NCBI GenBank assembly: GCA_002104945.1
Contig: MCFH01000048.1
Location: 186,001-250,000 of the forward strand
Direction of reading: 5' to 3'
Source: Piromyces finnis finn
Taxonomy: Eukaryota > Fungi > Neocallimastigomycota
Length of the DNA stretch: 64,000 bases
The notes under the pieces are model-generated. The model saw nothing but the letters and a program-made list of their open reading frames with translations, had not been told where the DNA came from and made no database searches. Below are positions 45,408 through 57,400 of the stretch, piece after piece; the first letter of the stretch is position 1; every line of letters starts with the position of its first letter. Position numbers and translations under genes: made by a program.

Positions 45408-46289
45408 ATGAGCAATTCTACTACAAGGATAGATTTCAAGGAGTTGAAGAAGGAACTCAAGGATATAGAAAAACTTTCCAAAGATAATTTGGACATAAGA
45501 TCCTGGGCTTCTGAAATAAGTTTATGGATTGAACTTCAAGATATCACTAGTGCCAAGAAAATTTACATGGCATGTGTGCTTACTTCTAAGGGTGAACCAA
45601 GAAAGGTAATCCAAGAGTTGGAAGATAAAGACAGTGATAGTGAAGATGAATATGAAAGTGAAAATGAAGAAGAGAATCAGAAAAATGAATCTAATGAAGA
45701 AGATTATCCCTCACTTGGGAAAATTATCAATGCCCTTGAAACATTTTATGGGTTAAAAGAAGATCAAAGTATGTTATTACGGGAACTAAGAAGACTACGT
45801 ATAAGAAGAAATGAATCAGTTAAAGATTTCAATAGAAGATATAGATCTTTATATTTAAAGTTGGATAAGAAAAAGAAGAAGCATATTAGTGTGTTAGATT
45901 ATGCAGATTCTTTACAAAATAATAAAGAAGCATGGAGAAAAGTATCTTTAAAAGATGATATCACTCTAGAAAAGGCCTTTAAGATAGCTGAGAAGGTAGA
46001 TAGGTTATCTACTAGAATAGATAATGATGGTAATCTACCAACGACTACTGCAATAACCAAAAGTTATAATAATTTTCAACCATACAAGAGAAAAGTTTCT
46101 TTTACTGAAGCCAAAAAGCCTAATAAAGATGATGAAATGAATAACCTAGTCAAGAAAATGAAGAATTTAACTATTAAAGCTTGTTTCTTCTGTAGTGAAC
46201 CTGGTCATTATCAACAAAATTGCCCAAAACTTCAAGCCATTATTGAAGGAAACAAGAAGCGTTATTATGATAATCATTTAAATCATTAA
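45408..46289 (+). CDS. gag: Gag of element 2 with CCHC knuckle
   Basis: First ATG is at 45408 (the ORF track starts at an upstream TTG). Contains CFFCSEPGHYQQNC. Confidence 0.9.
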   Translation: MSNSTTRIDFKELKKELKDIEKLSKDNLDIRSWASEISLWIELQDITSAKKIYMACVLTSKGEPRKVIQELEDKDSDSEDEYESENEEENQKNESNEEDYPSLGKIINALETFYGLKEDQSMLLRELRRLRIRRNESVKDFNRRYRSLYLKLDKKKKKHISVLDYADSLQNNKEAWRKVSLKDDITLEKAFKIAEKVDRLSTRIDNDGNLPTTTAITKSYNNFQPYKRKVSFTEAKKPNKDDEMNNLVKKMKNLTIKACFFCSEPGHYQQNCPKLQAIIEGNKKRYYDNHLNH

Positions 46290-49200
46290 GTGGGAGAAGA
46301 AGCACTCCCATCGTCAATAAAATAGCTTCAGCTCAGTATCAGTCAATGCCAAGTGAAGAAACAACAAGCCAGAGTGATTGGTCGAAAGAAGAATATGATG
46401 AAGGAATCGAAAGTGACTTTGAAGATACTGATATTAATGAACAGTTCTTTGTATGTGCTAATAAAAGGAAGTTGGATAAAATAAGCAAAGAACAAGATGA
46501 TAATAAAGAAAAACGACTTCACAAAAACTTGAAAAATGATCCTAGACCTATTCTTACACCTGCTCTTAGGAAACGTAAAGCACAAGAATTAGAAAATATA
46601 CCAATAGATGTTTCTCCTAAGCAACTGCATCCTTCTATTATTGCTCAACCGAATATCAGAGAACAAAAACTAAAAGAAAGAAAACTTCGGGATAAAGAGC
46701 GTGCTAGTAGTAGTGAACAAAAGGAAGAAGAAAAGAATGAATTGGCAAGTTCTAATGAAGATCCTATTATTATCGACTATGATGAAGAAGAAATGTTATC
46801 TGCAATTACAGATAAGAAAGGTGCTAAGGTGGTAGAGAAATATAACACAAGTGAATCAACCAAATCTACTTCTAATTCAACTCTAAATAAATTAATGAAA
46901 GAGCAAAAGAAAGAAAAACCTGCAGAATCGAAAGTTAAGAAAACTGCTAGAAATATTCAAATGATAGCAGATACGGAAGAATATAATGTAGTTAAAGATC
47001 TTAACGAAACAAAATGCAATATTACTTTTGGTCAATTACTTAACTCGGCTCCAAAGTTACGAACGCAAGTGTCACAAGGTCTTAAACTGGAAAAGAACAA
47101 CACAAAAATTGTGGGAGCTCTGGAGAATTTTAATGCTACTTCGGTATTAGTAAATAATGTAGATCATTCGTATGTAAGCAAAAGTAAAGAAGTATCAGAA
47201 GAAGATATCGCTATGGTAGATGCAACGGTTGATGGGGTACCAGGTAAATTATTAGTTGATTCCTGTAGCAACTTAAGTATTATAACAAAAAAATATTTAG
47301 ATAAACTTCCCCATCAATATGAATCTATTGGATTGAGTTGTGGAAGAATACGTTTAGCTACTAAAAATGATGACTATTCGGAAGGCATAATTATTAGAGT
47401 ACCGGTCCAGATAAATGATCTTACAATCACTGCTGATTTTAGAGTGGTGGATAAAGAAGACCCCTTTTATGATATGTTAATTAATTTGAAAACCCAAATG
47501 GATAACAACTTATTTATCCACCCACTTCGCTATAGTCTTTGCAGATTTAATTCAAATGGATTTATTGAAGATATTGCTCCAATTAATAACAAATATGATG
47601 ATGAAGAAAAGATTATGTGTATGATACGTAGAGTCGGTGATGAAGATTTTAAAAGTGATTTGAAAAATATTGAAGGTTTACCACCTTCAGAATATATTCA
47701 CAATAAAAATTTTACTGAGACTCTTAATGAAAAGTATCGAGAACAAATTGTTCGGATATTGGAAGAGAATATTGAAATTATTGCTACTTCTTCTGAAGAA
47801 CTAACACCTTCGAATTTAACTCCCCATAAGATTAATTTAAAGCCAGGAGCAAAGCCAATTAAACAAAGATCATATAGGTTAGCCAAGTTCAAATCTGATA
47901 TACTTAAGGAAGAATTGTCTAAATTGATTAATAAAAAGCTAATTGAGCCATCGTACTCGGAATGGTCTTCTCCGGTGGTTTTGGTCCCGAAGCATAATGG
48001 GAAATGGAGAATGTGCGTGGACTATCGAAGAGTTAATGATTTGTCTGAAAAGGATGCCTATTCAATTCCTTTTATAGATGAGATATTTGATAGTTTACAT
48101 GGTGCAACTATATTCACTACTATGGACTTATATTCCGGCTATCATCAAATCCTTATGGATGAAGAAAGCGTTGAATTGACAAGTTTTACAACTAAGTTTG
48201 GAAATTACCAATTCAAGGTTATGCCTTTTGGTCTCACTGGAGCACCCGCTACATTTCAGAGGGAGATGAATCGGATTCTGTTTCCGTTAATTGGAAAGTG
48301 TGTTTATAACTTCATTGATGATATTCTGATCTATTCAAAGAGTATTGAAGAACATATTGAACATATAAATCAAGTTTTAGCAATTTTCCGGAAAAACAAA
48401 CTAAAAATCAATATTGAAAAATGTCATTTTATGCAAACTGAAGTTGACGTGTTAGGCCATCGTTTAGCTACAGAAGGTCTTAAACCATTAGATAACAAAA
48501 TCCAAGCTATAAAAAATTGGAAACCTCCTTCGAATATCCATGAATTAAGATCATTCCTAGGTTCAATTGGATATTATAGAGATTTTATTCCTAATTATGC
48601 TAAACTTACTGCTCCCTTGTGTAAGCTGCTTAGAAAAGGTGTTCCTTTCAAATGGTGTAATGAACAACAAGAGAGTTTTATTATATTGAAAGAAAAGTTA
48701 ATTAATGCGCCTATTCTGAAATTCCCTGATTTTGAGAAAGAATTTATAATCCGAACAGATGCATCGTATGAAGGAATCGGAGGAGTATTATTACAAAAGG
48801 AAGGTACCGATATTGAACATCCAATTCATTATATTAGCCGAAGTCTGACGAAAGCAGAAAAAAATTATGGAATTACTGACTTGGAAGGGACTGCCTTATT
48901 TTACTGCATTACTAAATTAAAGCCTTATATAATGGGAAGTCCATTCAAGACTATCGTCTATACTGATCATAAACCATTAATTGGATTATTTAAAAATAAG
49001 GAGCCAAACAATGCAAGACAAACAAGATGGTGTTTAACAGCTAGTATGCTAGGAGTTGATATTCGTTATGAACAAGGTAAAAAGAATGTTGTAGCAGATG
49101 CACTGTCTCGAATGAGAAATGACAAAGATAAGGAAGTGTTAGCTACTAAAATTAATAAAGGTATAGAAGAAACCATACTATCTAAGGTAATTAAAGAATT

Positions 49201-50332
49201 TGTTGAAGAAAAGTTCACCAAAATAGATGGGGTGGATTACTTTATTGATGGAAGGAATTATCGAAAACTGATCACGGAAACCAATGAAAAGCTGAAATTG
49301 ACTTTGGAAGCTCATAACATTGGACATGAAGGATATTATAAAACTTATCAACGTCTGAGAAAAAGCTATTATTGGAACGACATGGTTAATGATATTCGAA
49401 GAGTTGTAGCCAAATGTGAAAAATGCCAACTTAATCGCCCTCAACCATATCCAGAACCTACGGAAAATCTTCCAACTGAGGTTGAAGCTCCTTTCACTCA
49501 TCTGGGTTTAGATATCATTGGTCCATTGGTAAAAACTCGTAACAATAACCAATATATTATAGTTGCAGTGGATCATTTCACAAAATGGGTCGAAGCAGAA
49601 CCCACCGAAAATATCACTTCAAAGGATGTCATAAAATTTTTAATCAATGTTTTCTCTCGGCATGGAGTACCACAAGTCATTACAACCGATAACGATGTCC
49701 AATTTACCTCAGATATGACCAAAGTTTTCCTGGACTTATATGATGTCTATGTCAAGTTTGTCTCAACTTATCATCCTGAAAGTAATGGTTTGACTGAAAA
49801 TAGAAACAAAGAAATTGGAAAGCTTCTAAGACTGCTTGGAAAAGAAAACAAGGATTGGGATGAAATTTTGCCTTCTGCTCTTTGGGCGCTCAGAACTACT
49901 AAAAATACTGTCACAAACCATTCTAGTTTTGAATTGGTTTATGGAAGAGAAGATCAGCAACCCTTTGATATTGCCGCCAGACCTACTAAGGGTATTAATC
50001 AGTCTTCGGATGAAATCTTACTTGAGAAGTTTATTAATCATTACAGGTGGACGTTGGAAGCTTGTGAAAATATTAAAAATGCGAATAAATACTGGGCTAC
50101 TAGAAGGGAAGAAAAACAAAGTATGACTAAGGGCAAAAATATCCATATCGGTGATCTAGTATTAGTTAGAAATTTTAATCGAACGAAGTTAGAGCCTTAT
50201 TTCGTTGGACCACTCAAAATTGTCAAGAAACAATTCAATACGGTTACTTTAGCTGATATATCCACTGGAATTCAGATGAACCGAAATGTTCATCTTAAGA
50301 ACATTGTAAAGTTTAACTCTGCTTTTGCGTAA
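46277..50332 (+). CDS. pol: Pol of element 2 (PR DSCS, RT FIDD, RH, IN, GPY/F), entered by -1 frameshift
   Basis: 1328-aa ORF from 46346. The frame is open back to TTTAAAT at 46277-46283. Confidence 0.95.
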   Translation, partial: FKSLSGRRSTPIVNKIASAQYQSMPSEETTSQSDWSKEEYDEGIESDFEDTDINEQFFVCANKRKLDKISKEQDDNKEKRLHKNLKNDPRPILTPALRKRKAQELENIPIDVSPKQLHPSIIAQPNIREQKLKERKLRDKERASSSEQKEEEKNELASSNEDPIIIDYDEEEMLSAITDKKGAKVVEKYNTSESTKSTSNSTLNKLMKEQKKEKPAESKVKKTARNIQMIADTEEYNVVKDLNETKCNITFGQLLNSAPKLRTQVSQGLKLEKNNTKIVGALENFNATSVLVNNVDHSYVSKSKEVSEEDIAMVDATVDGVPGKLLVDSCSNLSIITKKYLDKLPHQYESIGLSCGRIRLATKNDDYSEGIIIRVPVQINDLTITADFRVVDKEDPFYDMLINLKTQMDNNLFIHPLRYSLCRFNSNGFIEDIAPINNKYDDEEKIMCMIRRVGDEDFKSDLKNIEGLPPSEYIHNKNFTETLNEKYREQIVRILEENIEIIATSSEELTPSNLTPHKINLKPGAKPIKQRSYRLAKFKSDILKEELSKLINKKLIEPSYSEWSSPVVLVPKHNGKWRMCVDYRRVNDLSEKDAYSIPFIDEIFDSLHGATIFTTMDLYSGYHQILMDEESVELTSFTTKFGNYQFKVMPFGLTGAPATFQREMNRILFPLIGKCVYNFIDDILIYSKSIEEHIEHINQVLAIFRKNKLKINIEKCHFMQTEVDVLGHRLATEGLKPLDNKIQAIKNWKPPSNIHELRSFLGSIGYYRDFIPNYAKLTAPLCKLLRKGVPFKWCNEQQESFIILKEKLINAPILKFPDFEKEFIIRTDASYEGIGGVLLQKEGTDIEHPIHYISRSLTKAEKNYGITDLEGTALFYCITKLKPYIMGSPFKTIVYTDHKPLIGLFKNKEPNNARQTRWCLTASMLGVDIRYEQGKKNVVADALSRMRNDKDKEVLATKINKGIEETILSKVIKEFVEEKFTKIDGVDYFIDGRNYRKLITETNEKLKLTLEAHNIGHEGYYKTYQRLRKSYYWNDMVNDIRRVVAKCEKCQLNRPQPYPEPTENLPTEVEAPFTHLGLDIIGPLVKTRNNNQYIIVAVDHFTKWVEAEPTENITSKDVIKFLINVFSRHGVPQVITTDNDVQFTSDMTKVFLDLYDVYVKFVSTYHPESNGLTENRNKEIGKLLRLLGKENKDWDEILPSALWALRTTKNTVTNHSSFELVYGREDQQPFDIAARPTKGINQSSDEILLEKFINHYRWTLEACENIKNANKYWATRREEKQSMTKGKNIHIGDLVLVRNFNRTKLEPYFVGPLKIVKKQFNTVTLADISTGIQMNRNVHLKNIVKFNSAFA

Positions 50333-51060
50333 GCAAGAGTCTTCGTGGGGGCACTTGTTAAGGAACCAACAAATAATGTTATTCTTGTCATAATTAATGA
50401 TTATGACCTAATCCATTATTGTTCCTAAATGTATGAAAACTTTACAATATTCTTATTTGTAAATTAATGTATACACTTAAATTATATTTAAAATTATTAA
50501 TAATTATTTTTATTGAACTTAAATTTTATTTTATTAAACTTAAAAATTAATTTAGTAATAATAATATATTGAAAATTATAGTTTATTGAACTTTTAGTTT
50601 AATTTATCAAGTTAATGAATTTTTATTAATTAAAATTATGAATAATATTTCTGTAAAATAGTAAAATTCTTTAGTTAAATATATTTAAAGTAAACTTTTA
50701 ATGTATGTTAATCAATTTAATAATATAAATATTTATTATAATAGTAATGTAATTTTATTATTCATTTAAAAGTAATTTAAATACTAAAATTAATGTAAAT
50801 AATTAAAGACTAATTCTTTTAATTAACACTACTTAATTTTTTACAAAAAGTATAAAAGGGTGTATATTATAAGAATTAGAGAATATACAGATATTTTTAT
50901 TTTTATTTTTATTTTATTTTATAATTTTATATTAATATCTTAATAAAACAATTTTATTAATAAAACAATTTTTCTTATTTCATTTTAATATTATTTTTGA
51001 GTATTAATAAATTTATTAATATTTTATAAATAAAAGTAAATTCCTCGAACCGTAACATTT

Positions 51061-51112
51061 TGCTAAATAATGAAATTGTAAAATATTTAATTTAAATCTA
51101 ACCTTTAAATTT
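51061..51112 (+). mobile_element. 52-bp degenerate start fragment of a family-C-like LTR
   Basis: TGCTAAATAATGAAATT compared with TGATAAATAATGAAATT. Confidence 0.55.
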
Positions 51113-52334
51113 TGTAAAGTGGGCTAGGATTGGTATGTAACTTGGTCAGAATGTTTCATATAATATAACTTAATTTTCTAATAAAATATTAAATTTATTT
51201 ATTATTAAATCTTTTCTTCAAAACTTATTAAAGAATTTAATTAATACTAATTTAAAAATTAAATAGGTTTTTATATTTAAAATAAAAATTTTAATATAAT
51301 TTAATTATGAAATTTGTTTATTAATTATTTATTTATTAAGATAATATTTATTAAGTTATATTATAATTAATAATTAATAATTAATAATCTTACAAAGAAT
51401 TTCAAAATTGATTTCAATTCTTTGTTTAAATACTTTTTTCTTACATATAATAAAATTACATTGATATTAATATTGATATTAATAATAAAGATAAGAATAA
51501 AATAATTTTAAATTAAAATATTAATAATTGATATTGATATTAATAATATGAATCCATATGATAGATCTTAAGATTAATCTTTGAAATTACTTTTAAGATA
51601 AAAGTATTGTTTTAACCATTTTAAATTGTAAATATTTAATATTATAAATTGAGAATAACAATTACTGATACTAATTATATATTCTCATGATCAATTAATT
51701 AATAATTATAATTAATGATTTTTGATCCAAAGGCTTTTTGGTTTGATTATGATTGAGGTTATTAATCAAAATTATTTGAAAAATTATTAATTAATTTTTA
51801 TAATTGATTAGGTTTATAATCAAGAATATTTATTATCTAACCTTATTTAATAATAATGGAGAATTTTTAAATTGAAATATTTATAGAAAGTTGGTTGACT
51901 TGAATAATGATTTTAATTATATAAATTAATATTAATCATTTTAATATATATTATTATATATTTATTAGAACTAATTAATTCTTTAAATAGCTATATCTCA
52001 AGAACTAGTGGTCTAAATTAGCTGAAAATTTGTGAGAATATAGATCTCAACTAGTACTTTCTAATAAAATTAATTTGAAGTTTCTAGAAAAGGAAAATAG
52101 GACGCGAGATTCGGAAGTTATCGCTAGTTTCGTATAGTGCATTTTCTTCTCAAGGGTTAATTTATTGAAAATTAAATTTTTGTGATCCTTAACCCTTTTC
52201 AATATTAAATTTTTCCAAGTGATCTTTTTAATTATTTTTTAAAAGTGTTTTATACTTTTTGAAATATAAATTTGATTTTTAAGTTGTTTATTTGAATATT
52301 TAATTTATTTTTTAATCGTCTTCTATTCTTGACA
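51113..52334 (-). mobile_element. Solo LTR L, distant relative of the family-T LTR
   Basis: TGTCAAG...CTTTACA on the minus strand. Shares the AAGGGTTA/TAACCCTT IR and ACATTCTGACC. Flanks do not match. Confidence 0.7.
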
Positions 52335-52387
52335 GGTTTCAATTGAAATATTTGTGGGCAAACTTATGGCCACAAATATTTCTTACA
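52335..52387. mobile_element. 53-bp terminal fragment of family E
   Basis: Reverse complement of 42623-42675. Confidence 0.8.
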
Positions 52388-52421
52388 AATGATAAATAAT
52401 TAAATTTATAAATTATGAATT

Positions 52422-52452
<31 letters not shown>

Positions 52453-52526
52453 TTAAAACACAGATAGTTGAAAATTAAAATAATTAACATGTATAAAATT
52501 ATTAAATTAAAAACTATAAATGTAAA

Positions 52527-52557
<31 letters not shown>

Positions 52558-54457
52558 TAAATTAAATAGTTTATATTTGTTTATAATTATACTTTAAAAT
52601 AATAATTTTGTATAAATAGTGATAGAATTATTTTATTTTAAAAGATGTTCCTAATAATCCATAAAAATTAGATAATAATATTAAATTTTATTAAAATAAT
52701 AGTTGTGATTATATTTACATACATTCAAGATGTATTAAACCATAACATATATATATTTAATAATACAAGAGTTATTAAATATTAAAACTTTATAATTAAA
52801 TAAAATAATTTTATATTTTAAACTAACAAAGACTTGCAAATGAACAAGTATAAAAATCATTTATTCTATTTTTATTTTCTTATTTATTTTTATTTATTAA
52901 ATTTTAGATACAAATATTATCATGTTAAGTTTTTGGGTTTGGTTATGCGGCCAGGTCAGAATGTTATTAATTATATAGTAAAAATGTTTTTTAAGAAATT
53001 AAATTTAATTATAAAATAACACCTTAAACTCCCAAATGAAAAATGAAAAATTTATATTTACTTTAAAATAACTTTTTATAAATTTTTTATTTATTTAATA
53101 ATAATATAAATGATATTATAAGTAACTATATAATTAAGATTATAACTATAATCTTTACAAAGAATTAAAATCGAATTCAATTCATTCTCTTTTATATTCT
53201 TTGTTCAGATTATTAAATTGATATTAATAAGAATAAAGTATTACATATAATATATTAGTAATATAATTAAATAAGTAATAAGATTGTTTGTTTGTTTGTT
53301 TGTTTGTTTGTCATGACATAAAATAAAATAAACATATGATTAATCATTTAAACAGTTGATCCTAATTAGTAATTATAAAAACTATTCAATTAATAATTCA
53401 TCATTATTAATTGATATTACCATAACATATTTGTTATAACTAAATAATTATTATTTTCAAAATTATTTCTAATAAAACTTGCCGTTAACCTATTTTATAA
53501 TAATTAAGATTATTTAATTTATAGGTATTAACTGTTACACCTAAATGGGTCTAGTTCTATTTTTAGTAACAATCGTTATCATTAATTAAATTAATATAAC
53601 TAAAATTCCTATTGATATATTTTTAATTTCATCAAGTCATAAGAAATATTTATGATCCATACTTGATATCATATTGATTTTAATTTACCTAATAAAATCT
53701 TTAAATGATCATAACTTCCTTAAATGATCAGTTAGAAGGAACGCGATTGTACCAAATTGTAGCTTTCTTCCTAAGCTTTCCAATAAACCTAGTTTCATCA
53801 CCGTAGCACTTACAGCCGTAGCGATCGTTTTTGGCGAGTTACACCTTATTTCGTACTTGCTTATTTTTGGTTAAGGGTTATAGTATATTGATATTAAATT
53901 TTTGAAATCATAACCCTTTCACTGAATCAAAATTTAAAAGGTGACTTTTAAAAGTGTTTTAAAATAATTATTGAAATTATTTAATTATAATTATTATGTT
54001 TAATTAATTATAGATATTATCTGAATTTGTTTTAAATCCAGTTAATATCTTCACAACGCCCTCCCTAGGAATTCGTATTCCAGACGAATTCTATGAACTG
54101 GAGCGAAAAGTAAAAATTTTTGATTTTAAAAAAATTTTTTCGAGAGGAAGTAATAATTTCAAAAGGTCACTTGGCCATTGTGAGATTTTTGAAATTTCAC
54201 TTTTTGAAAAATTTTCTTGTAGGTAAAATTTTAATAATAAAATTGATACTGCAGATTTTGAATATGAAAATAAAAATAAAAAATAATAAAGTTTTAATAT
54301 GATAATTGAAAAATATTCGGTGTAAAAATTTTTGAAATGTTGAAATTTCAAAATTTTGTGATGAGTTAAATTTCGAAATTTAGTTGTTATAAAAATATTT
54401 TGTAAATGGTGTAAAAGTTATTTTTAGAGAATTATTGACTTATTAATATTATTTTAA

Positions 54458-57400
54458 TTAATTATATGCTATAGAAGCATAATGTCGTCCACTTTTTAAA
54501 TATTTTTGATAAATGTATTGATTACGTGGATTGTCTTCTACTTCACTTGCTGGTACCCAATTATAAGCGGAACGGTATTTGTATCGAATTTTATATTCAT
54601 ATCGTTGTTGTTTATAATTTGTACGGAATCCAGATATTTCCACTATATCTTTTATTGATTCTGGATCCGCAGTTCTATTTAAAAATTCTTTTGGAGTTGA
54701 TCTATAAGGTTCCAACTCAGATACATGAAATATTGGATAGTGTTTGGGAAAAGGTGATTTTTTGATATCGATTTCATAATTGTTATTTCTCAAAACTTGA
54801 GTTATTTTATATGGACCATATTTACAAGGAGCTAATTTGGAACTATTTTCAATATTTAGAGAAGGTGGGGCTTGAATCCAAACTAAATCATCAATTTTAA
54901 ATTTTGGAGCTTCTAAACGACTTTTATCCACTCTTCTTTTATACAACTCTTTGGAGCGTAGTAACACTTCTTTTATGTGGTTGAATGCATCATTAACGTT
55001 TTGAACTAGTTTATGATTAATATTACATTGTGGTAATAGGGTCATTTCATCCATCGGAGGGTGGAAACCATAATTAATGAAGAATGGTGTTTCTTTGGTT
55101 GATTCATTAACAGCGTTGTTATAGGCGAATTCTGCAAGTGGAAGCCAATCAACCCAGTCGTCATGATAGAAAGACTTGGAATAACATCTAAGATACTGTT
55201 CAATAAAAGAATTTGACCTCTCGACCTGTCCAACAGTTTCATGGTGGTCAGTAGTAGCTATTCTTGGATGAATATATAATAAATCCAAAAATTCGAGCCA
55301 AACATCACTTGTAAATTGTGAGCCTCTATCAGTATATAGGTCATAAGGGAGACCATGTAAACGATATACATTGTTCAAAAAAGCTTTTGCAGTTTGTGCT
55401 GCGTTTGGAACTTGTTTAAACGGCACTAAGTGAATCATTTTAGAAAAGCGGTCAACCACTACCATAATTACGGTGTACCCTTTAGACTCAGGAAGGCCAC
55501 AAAGAAAGTCAATTTCTATAGATTTCCATGGACGTTCTGGAGTATCTAAAGGTTGTAATTTTCCATATTTCCGATGTCTAGTTACTTTATTTCTTGTGCA
55601 TGTCTCACAAGAATTAACAAATTTAGTGACATCATCCTTAATTTTAGGCCACCAAAAATTTCGAGTTATCAATTCTAAAGTCCTTTTTATACCAAGATGT
55701 CCAGCAGAGGGTTGTTCATGATATTTCATAAGAACATCTAAACGTAGTTTCTCAGGGATATAAACTAAGTTATTATATAAAATAAGATTATTTTTTAATT
55801 CAAACTTGTTCATTTTCCTAAATGGTCTATAAGCCTTTTGGTCATTATGTGGGCTGAAATATAGCATAATATCCTTAGCAGTTTCGTCGTCCTTTAAGTA
55901 TTGAATAACTTGTTCCAAGAAGTTACTCATAATACCAATGAAACTTGGTATTAGTTTTACATTTTTTGAGTCTAAAATATATTCTGGCTTTTCTTCATAA
56001 GTCCTATCCATGTAGTCAGGTCTGCGAGATAGACAATCAGGTTTACCATTCTTACGACCTTGTCTGTATATAAGTTCAAAGTCGTATTCATGAAAGAAAA
56101 GGTGCCAACGATGTTGTCTTTGATTACCTACCTTTCCTCCAAGAGTATAAAGTAAATTTCTATGATCAGTGTAAACTTTTATTTTATATTTAGCACCAAG
56201 AAGAAGGTGCCTCCAAGTAGAGAAAGAATCCTTAATGGCTAATAGTTCTTTATCTGTTATAGAATAATTAACTTCAGAACTACTTAGACTTCTGGAGTAG
56301 TAAGCAACAGGATGTAGACGATTTTCTGAATCATATTGAGAAAGTATAGAACCGATAGCAACATTACTTGCATCACATTCTAAAATATATTGTTTTTGAG
56401 GATCAGGATGTGATAAAATAGGTGCTGAAGTTAAACGCGTTTTTAAAATGTTAAATGAGGATTCACATTCTGTGGACCATTTGAACTTTGCATTCTTTTT
56501 TGTTAGGTTGTGGAGGGGTTTAGCCAAGTCTGCAAAATTCATTACAAAGCGTCTATAGTAGTTACAAAGACCTAAAAATCTTTGTACATCCTTAACTGTA
56601 GTAGGAATAGGCCAATTTTTGATTGACTCTATCTTTTTTGGGTCGGTAGCAATTCCTGAACCTGAAATAACATATCCTAAGAATTCAACTTGTGGTTTGT
56701 CAAATTCACATTTAGGAAGTTTAGCATATAAATTATTTTCTAATAGTTTAGAAAGAACTTCACGTACATGTTGGTGGTGTTCTTCTAAGGTTTTTGAAAA
56801 TATAAGAATATCATCCAAATAGAGAATAACAGATTTTTCCAAGAAAGGTCTGAGAACAGAATTTATAAATGCCTGAAAAGTAGCAGGAGCGTTACGTAAA
56901 CCAAATGGCATCACTAAATATTCATAGTGACCAAACTTTGTGCGAAAAGCAGTTTTATATTCATCACCATTTCTTATTCTAACTAAATTATAAGCAGAGC
57001 GTAAGTCGAGCTTGGTGAAATACTTTGCACCTTTGACACGTTCTATAATGTCGGTAATAAGTGGTATTGGGTAGGAGTTACGTATCGTTACAGAATTGAG
57101 TTTTTTATAATCAATACAAACTCTAAGAGTACCATCTTTCTTTTTCTGAAATACCACTGGATATCCTGCAGGTGATTCGGATGGTCTAATAAAGCCTTTT
57201 TCTAAATTTTCCTTGATATACTCTTCTAAAACTTTTGATTCTTCTTCTGATAAGGGATAGATGGGACCATAGTGAAGAGTAGCATCTTTTTCTAGTACTA
57301 TTTTACAATCTGTAATTCTATGTGGTGGTAGTTTATCAGCTTCTTGTTTGCTGAAAACTTTTGCCAAATCTCGATAGGGTTTTGGAATATCCTCAATAGT

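Larger units (their letters stand above)
43130..51057 (+). mobile_element. Full-length Ty3/gypsy LTR retrotransposon, element 2 (family B, no chromodomain)
   Basis: LTRs at 43130-43835 and 50356-51057 with a few differences. TSD TTTT, PBS at 43843-43860, PPT GTGGGGGCACT at 50345-50355, gag and pol. Confidence 0.97.

Noticed and set aside
40970-54055. 1.7-kb inverted segmental duplication (T+A+E)
   Set aside because: Divergence pattern and a different E|A spacer favour independent insertions; kept as the alternative in a finding.
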